Assembly (NCBI GenBank): GCA_964035545.1
Contig: OZ037772.1
Coordinates: 9,107,150-9,171,149, forward strand
Length of the DNA stretch: 64,000 bases
Direction: 5' to 3'
DNA from: Bugula neritina
Lineage: Eukaryota > Animalia > Bryozoa
In this document: piece by piece, positions 50,698 through 64,000 of the stretch
Layout: each line of letters begins with the position of its first letter
How positions within the stretch are numbered: the stretch's first letter is position 1
Notes under the pieces: generated by a model
Databases searched by the model: none
Seen by the model: only the letters and a program-made list of their open reading frames with translations
Told to the model about the DNA's origin: nothing
Program-made: the position numbers and the translations under genes

Positions 50698-51444
50698 AAA
50701 ACATTGAAACTTCCTGCTATGTATAATTTTACATAAAATTCAAGTATAATAATGTAAACAACATATTGCATAACAAAAATATACACGTACTGCAAAAACA
50801 TACTCTGCTAGCCTTTGGAAAGACAAAGCATAGAAATTTCTAAGTTTTTAAAATTATAATGAATCTGCATGCCCAACAGAAAGCTGGTAAGCAACAAAAT
50901 AAATGCTGCTTTATATTCTGTTAATAAATAATATAATAAATGTAGTTGAAATTTGATAAAAACTCAATCTCAAGGTTTTTTTAAATTGTTTACTCACTAT
51001 ATACACATTGGATCACATATAACAAGGGTTTCTCAACACGAGGATATATATTTTTTTCAACTTTATTTGTAGTTTAGTAATTTTTAAAATTCACTCACCT
51101 CACATCTAAAATCATTTAGTTCAAAATGTGTTTTTACTTTACATATAATGCACATTCGTGAGTAGGAAATGTTTTTCAAATCATTCATATAGAAATATAT
51201 TGTGAAAATTTTGAAATGAATATATTCAAAGCTTTTTAAAGCTCTAGCAAAACATAATATAGCTACTTTTTTTAGAATAAACTGTTTACCAAAATAACCA
51301 GCTTACAAAAATATTGTTTACATAATAGTTGCATGTATATGTATGTATATAGGTTGTTTCGCTAACATAAGGTGTAGGTGAAAATAAAACATAATATATT
51401 TTCTTAAAATATACAAGCAATTATAATATATAATAGCAGGTTGA

Positions 51445-54400
51445 TCAGTTTTTTCTTCTGTTCACCAAATCAAGTCTAACTTTAAGCTGGTTGTATAGCA
51501 AGTTTTCTGCTTTTGTAAATTCAAGCAAAAAATGTTTATGAAAATTTTGGAATTGATGAAATCAGCTGCAATGCAAAATAAACCAAGATATACTAAGTAA
51601 CAACTTAAATGATAAGATATTATTATATATAAACTTTAACATCAGTTAAAAAACTTAAATGAAAAATGTAACTATTGTGTTTTCTAAATTTTTTAAACTA
51701 ACATGTCTGAAAAATTGCAAGCATATCTAAATGGAAATGTTGCTAAAATTGTTGATCTAGTTACCATTTTATTGCAAACTTATATATTTAGTCATGCATG
51801 GTTGGTATCATTTTTCTGAAAAAAATTACTGCAAGATAAAGAGTAACATTCTTGCTTCTATTTATAATATCCTCAATCTAATATCTGACATACTATATAC
51901 TAACCAAAGGCTTAGCCTGGGTTCCCTCACTCTCCCAGTACAAGGATAGGCTGTTTAAACAGTTAGCTTTGCTTTTCTTAGCAAACTCTCTGTCATTTGA
52001 CTCCATGATTGTGTTAACGTAATCTAAACCAGTAATTTTATTATGATTATGTAGCATTTCCCAAACTGCCACATGTATATTATTGTAAAAATTTTTACTG
52101 TTCACTGAAACCAATTACTTTTTGAATATATAGCATATTATTATAGTATACCATTTATAACTTATAATATATACATACAAGCATGATCTAAAATGCTATT
52201 AAAAGTAATTAATCTGCAAAAAGAACACTCTGGTTTAGCACTTAAATCACCGTATAATGCATAAGTACTTCTTGTGTTGTTTAGAATAAATTTATTTTTA
52301 GTGTATATACTAATATTTCAGTCGGGTTTTAGGTTTTTTCATTATAATGTATAGACTTCTAGTTAGCCTCAAGTTTGCAAAAAACTTTAGAGAAAGTTGC
52401 GGGCATTTTATTTATTTTTTGCCCAAATTTGAAAGAAAAATTATAGCAGCAATTACCTGAAGGCTTGTCTATGGAACAGCGATGTTTAAGAGGCTTGCTA
52501 CAGTCCACCTTCGTGTCAAGAAACACCTCATGTGTAAGAGCTCTTAGAGGGTAAATCTCTCCTTAAATTAAAAGTGGCATATAAACATCATTAAATATAT
52601 TAGTTACATATTATTCTCACAGTACAGTTTTAAATTATTTATTATATAAGTAAAATATTTGCAAGTTTAGAAGAGATTTTGCTGTAACAGATATTTAACT
52701 TTTAAATGACAATTATTTTAACATGTAAAAGATTAATAAGTTTCTTTGCTCTATAAGAAATTAAGTTTTTCTATAATCGCTTGAAAAATAAAAAATATAT
52801 GAATAATAATTTTTACTTTTTTATATGCAAAGTAAAAAGCTTGTGGTATTGCTTTCCTTGTCTATTAAGTAAAAAGTTAAGAATGTATACTATCCATAAA
52901 TAATATAACAGAAGACTACCATACCTGTAAGGCAGCAGCGTACTACTAAGTGAAACAGGTATATCTGGTGAGTTCGGACTCTACTCAAACACTCCCGTCT
53001 ATTTTTATCTGCAAGTGGTGGATTCCATGTAGAACTTAGGTCTATGTTTCTTACACAGTCTAATTGTAAATATGTCAAACTTGTGGAGATAGAAGGATTC
53101 CCTGTTATATGTTGCACCTTTGAGACAATATTGAAATGATTGAATATAATTATATGTAATGTACAGTGTTTTTAGTAGAACAAAGGCTAAGATTTATCAC
53201 CTGGTGCACTTTTCTCTATATATAATAATATAACAATATATAATAATATAACAATATATAATAATATAATATAATATATAAGATAATAATATTATATAGT
53301 AACATGATCTTGATATGACAACAAATAAAATGCTTGTGTTAACATGAAGTACTGTGATGCGTTTTGATGATTCAAATATTTAACTGTAAAAGATTAATAA
53401 GTGAACATTTCAACGGTTTTAATATATATACATCATGCAACAATAATTACTAAAGATTTTCTTAAAGCAACTATGAAAGGTTACTAAGTATTGTGCTCAT
53501 TATGAGAAAATTAGCAATAATTTACACTTTTTATAAATTTAGCTGTTATATAATGTAGCATATTAACCGATATAATATATTATAAGATATGTATATTATA
53601 TATTATATATATAACATATAATATATATATATATCTTATAATATATTATATATATAATATATATAATATATATATATAATATATGTATATATTATAAGAT
53701 CATTGTAATTAATACCATTTCAACAATCAGTGTATTTTTTTTTAAATTTCTGTTCAATATTCAAACGAATTTATACTAACTTCATTTTCATCTTGAGCGA
53801 GCCATGGGAAAGATGAGTCACTATTAACTTCATCTTCTGCTTTTAAAACTATGAAAAATTGTACTTTGTCAGTGTATTATAGTTGCATATGTAGTTTAAG
53901 TTAGATCATGTGTATGCTTTCTAGAAGTTTCTGCTGCTTGGTAGTTACAACGCTGCCATAGTATATGAACCAAGTCATTGGTTTAAACTTTTTTAGTTTC
54001 GAAGGAACATCAAACTATATAAGAATCTCTGCAACACCTGTTAGAATCCTTCAAACCATGCAAGTTGCCAGCATGGTAAAAGGTGCATACCTGCTATCAA
54101 ACCTTTCTCAGGATCCTCCTACATTAATAAAGTCTTTGAATATTCAACAATACCAACCTTCAGGCTTGGAGGGACAACTCCAATAGCTCTTTCCTACTCC
54201 TTTGTAGTAATTTTTGTGTAGATACGATTTGACTCTTTGCATCCAACCAATTTGCCAGTTTGCTGTTTCTGGTACTGTGGATACAGTAATGCAAGCTTCC
54301 ATTCTGTAGTCATGACAAAAATTGTTTTGCTTATGAAAATTTAATTATTTCATTAGCATAGTATAAATGTTGCATAATATAATAAATATTTTTGCATTAT

Positions 54401-55726
54401 ATTGTCAATTTAATAATAAAAATTGTGAGCATCCGTGATATAGTATAGTTATAGAGTGCTGTATATATTAAGGTTCACTTTGATTCCAGTAAAAGCAATT
54501 AGCAATGCTATTATAGGAAGGGTATTCAGTCTTCTATAGCAATACGAAATAAGTCTTTAGTCTGTTTAAAATAAACTTTTCATATATACTATATTGTTTT
54601 TTATTTTACAAACCTAATTTGTGAAATATTAAGTTGTAAAAGATTTTCTCCACCATTATTCTCAACAGGTACAGATGTGGTGTCATTTAAAACTTTTGTT
54701 TTGACTTCTTGAATTTCTACTAAACTTGGTATAACTTTAGCAAGTGACACGTTTTCTTTTGGTGATGTTACAATGCATCTATTCAGCCTAAATAAATAAT
54801 TATTTTATGTATATAAACATATTTTCATAATAATGAAATAATAAAAAAGTTTGCAATGTTTATTAGCTAAAAATATCTTTTTAAAATAAAGTAATAAATA
54901 AAGTTATTTATTCTAGATTTGCTACTTAATCAAAAGCTACTCATACAATTATATTTAGTTATATTCAATTCATTTTTTTTAATAAAACGAAATATTTTAA
55001 TCCAATCTCATTTAGGCCTATATGAATAAAAGTTATAATGCGCTAAAATTTTCAAAAAGAGTTATATGATATTTCTCAGTGGACATTTAATTGTTGTAAA
55101 CTTTTAAGCTAAAATCTAGACAAGTATTTTCTTGGGTTTGAAAATTTTTTTCAGCATTTGTTTACCTTTGAGAATAGCAAATTTTGCAATATTTTTCTCT
55201 AACACCAGCATTGCTTTTTCATGCTCAAAACCAGCAAATTGTTTTCAAATCAAATTATCGCTTTATAAATTACATAATATAATTTATATGCTTCTTTTGG
55301 TACAGCTCCCTAATTATTTTTGTGTTGTTATAAGGCTCTATGGTAATTGAAAATACTTTTTACATCTATAGAAATCTATAGAGATTCTAGCTAAATAAAA
55401 CTAATTATTTAATTTATAATTATTTTTGAATGTTGAACTAGTAATAAAAACCACATACTATTATGTATATAAACTTTTTTTTAGTAACATACAAAGCTAG
55501 TTTTAGTTAGGCAAATATAGGATATATTAATATTATATATTACGAACATGAATTTTTATAAAATAGGTAGTTAAAATAGAACATTCTTATGAGTCATGTT
55601 ACAACACTACTTCTCCTCTATCCTACAAGTCATTTAAATTTGAAAACGCTCTTACATGCAATTTGATTTTGGATTTCGACTTAATACTCCCAATTGACGC
55701 AGCAAAACTCTATTTATTGCCCTCAT
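51445..55726 (-). CDS. FAM78: FAM78-like paralogue F, divergent (exons 55726-55656, 54787-54614, 54303-54158, 53848-53781, 53117-52925, 52561-52457, 52023-51905, 51486-51445)
   Basis: WQIGWMQ, SYWSCP, SDSSFPWL, IYPLRAL, VDCSKPLKHR; same intron phases as the other copies. The last exon is the least certain. Confidence 0.75.
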
Positions 55727-56031
55727 GGCTAAATTAATTCTCATACATGAAAAGAATGTGAACTCAGTTAATGCATATATAGCAAAAATGCTACTAAGGT
55801 CAACAATAGTAAAGTTGTACAATGGCAAAAAGAATTTCAAGCTTGTGAAAACAATTTAAAATTAATTATAATATAAGTCTTTTTTGGAGAAAAGAGAAAA
55901 ACATTGTGGTATAATTTAAAAAAAACCACAGAAATAAAGTGTGATCTGGAATTACACCAAAAGCAAAAATTCTTACTCTTAATGGAGTATTAATGCACTT
56001 AAATAGAAGCCAGTAGCTTTTAAAGTCGAAA
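55727..56031. promoter_or_regulatory. Putative bidirectional promoter between F and G
   Basis: Divergent predicted start codons only 305 bp apart. Confidence 0.55.
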
Positions 56032-60562
<4,531 letters not shown>

Positions 60563-61417
60563 CAAAACAAGAAAAAAAAATTGAAGCCAGAGTTATTAGC
60601 TAAAACGTAAAATTACTGTAAAAAAATTATAAAGTTCAATAATATTAATATTAACAACTTTTAATGAATATTTGTACAAGGTAGAAGATCTTTTGAGATA
60701 AATAAATATTGTGAAATATTTCTGGATAACAAAAAACCCGTAATTTAAAATCATAGATACGTATAACTTTAATTAATTTTATTTTTGCACTACTAAGTAA
60801 ATGAGCAAATAAATGTTTTATAATATGTGCATTATATCTGTTCTATTAAAATTAAACAAGAAAGAAACGCTTTTGTATTACTAAGTAATTTGTTTACTAA
60901 AAAAAACAAATAAATTGTGCTTATATCTTAGATACAGCGTACCAGCATGCAGTTTGGCTTAATGTAGTTGTATTACCCAGTGCTTAAGTGCTTCCACGTA
61001 ATATATACTGAGCAATATATTATTAATAAATTGAGGGTTTTTGATTTAATAAACACATTAAATAGCAACTTGTAAGTTTCACGAATATACAATTAATGCA
61101 ATTGCAATGTCGTATTCATTGCATGGTTTGTAAAAATAATCAAATATTTTTTTTAAGTATTAAAACATTTTCACTTTATTTATTTTAACTTGCAGATAAT
61201 GCAATAAATGAGAACAGCAAAAAATAAAATAAATATTATTTAAAAATTCAAATGAACTCTAGAAATGTCAACATAGTATACTTGAAGCAATACAAGCCAT
61301 ACAAAAAGATTTACACACATTTTTTTGTTTTTTGAATATTTAAAGTTTTCTTGCATCACTTCTCATAGTTATAAAGCCCAGCTTCCTAAGTTATGTAATT
61401 TAATAAACCACCATACC

Positions 61418-63993
61418 TCACTGGTTCAGGTATTTTGGTCCCATTATTACCTAAACAACATTATTACATAAACTATATTATCGTCCCCAACATGCATCTA
61501 TGCACATAGTATATTATTTATAATATAAGAAATATTGCAAAACAGTTTTACAAAACTACTTATTTATTTAAAATTACTTGCATATCTAAAACCAAATGTA
61601 AATAAACTACACCAGTACTAAGAAATTAAAAACTTGCAAATTCTATAAGAACTCACTTTTCATCTCCAATTTATTAGCATATGATTATTTATATAGTTCT
61701 AATATCTACTGATAATTGCTTTAAAAAGAAATGAAATATATGACCTATATATATGTATAAACAAAATATATATTGGATATTAGATATTTGAGTGTTTTAT
61801 AGGGAATGAGTCACACAGCGATGACACACTAGTTTGTAAAGGTGAGTTCACTTGAGTAAAATTTAGCAAAAATTCCGTAACTTATCTCAATCAAAGGAAT
61901 AAACTTTACTCTCTAACATTATACATCACTATAATATAATTATATAAATACTATAATACAATTACTATATATAGCAGGTATTAGTATTTGTATTGCAGTA
62001 TTTAGTAACACATACATATAGTGTAGTAAAAGCAATTACAGTTTTTGATATCATAATACTATGTTGCAGCATCTAAAATAGCATGATCAGCAGTCAACTA
62101 TACAACATGTAATAAAATTTACGATATCATTTAGTAATAATGATATTCCCTCTCATCTACTATATAGCATCGTATAGCACGTACTATCTATAATGCAACA
62201 TGTGATAACACATGCTTTAGCGTATATAATAGCACAAATAATAGTAGCATGGCACTTACATATTAGTATAATATATTAACATATAGGTGTAATAGCTAGC
62301 ATTTATGGTAGCATTTACATTGTCACATGTTAGCACAAATAATAGCATGTATAGTTATAACATTCACATTATTATATACATATATCATAGCAAAGACCTT
62401 AGCATATATAGTAGCATTCTATGCATCCTACATTCTATACATTAATAGCAGACTAAAGCATTAATATAATATCCTTACCAGCTCAGGCTTGTTACGATCA
62501 GAATACTGCCACAAAAAGGAAACAGCTTCATTGGCTGACGGTGGACCCAGCACATTGGCCGGGATCTCTTTATGGTTGTTGACATATATCACAGGCTCCT
62601 CTTGTATACCTGCATGACAGAAAAAAGAAGACAACTACCAACACGACCACAGAGAAACATATATAATATTATATTATATTTATTTTAATATATAATATCT
62701 TATTATGATATACTATAAAACTTACCATTGTTTAATAAAAATGTTGTTCTCTGCCTGATAGGTTGTGTAGAATCATATTTTACTAAAAGTTTAACGTTCC
62801 ATTCAGCAGAGCGTAAAATTTCATAATCTTCTACAAGAAACATGAAACAATTAAGATAAAACAGAAATATCTATTACATGTTAGATGGTTGTGAGGATGA
62901 TAAATACGAAAATATATAATTTAATATGTGCAAACATGTTAAATTATAGCAAACAACTGACAACAATTGAATTAGTTAAATTTGATAGCCTATAATAAGA
63001 GAAAAGTTTATGAAACATTGGATTTGGGGTTTGGTTTCAATACTATCAGTGAGATTTCAAACTATCTGTAAAGACGTTTATGAAGTTACTTAGAGTAGAA
63101 CAACCATCTACAGTTTTATCTATTTTATAAACACAAACTGCATGTATATATAGAGCTTTATTTTTATCTATAATGTATTCATTTTAAACTAATGCATTTA
63201 GATGAGTTAAACTATATTATTTAAGTAATTATATGTTCGTGCATGTATGGTCTAAATTAATTTATAAAGTAACTCATTTAGTCAACTGCTATTAAAGTAA
63301 AATAATAAAGTAAAATAATTTAGTTTATGATTTAAATGTTTCATAAATAAATTTATGAATCTAAATTTCTATTCATATTTAGTTTATGATTTAAATGTTT
63401 CATAAATAAATTTATGAATCTAAATTTCTATTCATATACAAATTAGAAAAGTGTCTGACTACTTTCATTGTACCTTTATGCTTTATGCAGTTCAATTTAT
63501 GATACCAATATTTCTATCGACTAAAATTAACAAGTTATTGAAGTGCCAACTGTTAAAAAAGCTATTTTTGTTTTAATGAGGCACAGCCAGTGCTAACTAA
63601 AAGGCCTCTGGCACTTGGCTGTGCTGTAGAAAGCTTTTCGTAGTACGTTTTATTATAGCTAAAGTAGCTTAGCAAAGTAGCGCTATAATTTCACTACAAC
63701 TTTAGTGGTCAAAGTAAGAAGTTACCTGAGTTTGAAGACTTGAGTGCCAGCCAGGTTATGAACTCATAGTCTACGTTGATCAGTGACATCGGCTCTTCGG
63801 CAACTTTCTCTGGCAGGCAGCGACAGTTTTCTCCAAAAATTCTGTGTAAATTCAGTCTCTCACACAGCCGCTGCCAAAATGTCGCTTTTGATAACAAAAG
63901 ATTGTAGCAGTTTGTAGGAAAAATAGCATCTGGCTCGTCAATCATTTCCAGATAAAGAAGTCGTTCTGGTGACGGCCCTTCTATATTCAAAAC
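61418..63993 (-). CDS. FAM78: FAM78-like paralogue H, last four exons (63993-63726, 62830-62726, 62609-62479, 61450-61418); 5' part outside the window
   Basis: FITWLALK, ILRSAEW, IPANVLGPPSANEA, VIMGPK. Closest to G. Confidence 0.83.
63318..63437. repeat. ~59-bp perfect tandem duplication
   Basis: TTTAGTTTATGATTTAAATGTTTCATAAATAAATTTATGAATCTAAATTTCTATTCATA occurs twice. Confidence 0.9.
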
Positions 63994-64000
63994 CTGTCAA

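Overview
AT-rich, intron-containing eukaryotic (animal-like, invertebrate-type) genomic DNA; the species cannot be determined from the sequence. (1) 376-8217 is a full-length but decayed Ty3/Gypsy LTR retrotransposon on the minus strand. It has two 388-bp LTRs, an ATAT target-site duplication (TSD), a tRNA-Leu primer-binding site, a -1 frameshift signal between gag and pol, and an unusual downstream C2H2-zinc-finger/coiled-coil ORF. (2) The element sits in an intron of a spliced host gene (8241-10322) whose product looks like a chymotrypsin-fold protease with a GDCG (Cys) nucleophile motif. (3) From about 12 kb to the window end there is a cluster of at least eight divergent FAM78-like genes (called A-H here). 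I reconstructed their exons by hand; the complete ones share an 8-exon layout with intron phases 2,2,1,0,1,1,0. All seven paralogues whose 5' end is visible start with an Arg/Ser/Leu-rich, acid-poor leader resembling a mitochondrial presequence, instead of the MGC-type N-terminus I recall for vertebrate FAM78B. (4) Paralogue B has an extra intron that is exactly a solo LTR plus one TSD copy, i.e. an apparent precise intron gain from a retrotransposon. Introns are filled with two tRNA-related repeat families, Harbinger- and hAT-type non-autonomous elements, an RTE LINE fragment and micro/minisatellites. Gene models and family calls come from manual translation and recalled motifs, not from database searches.
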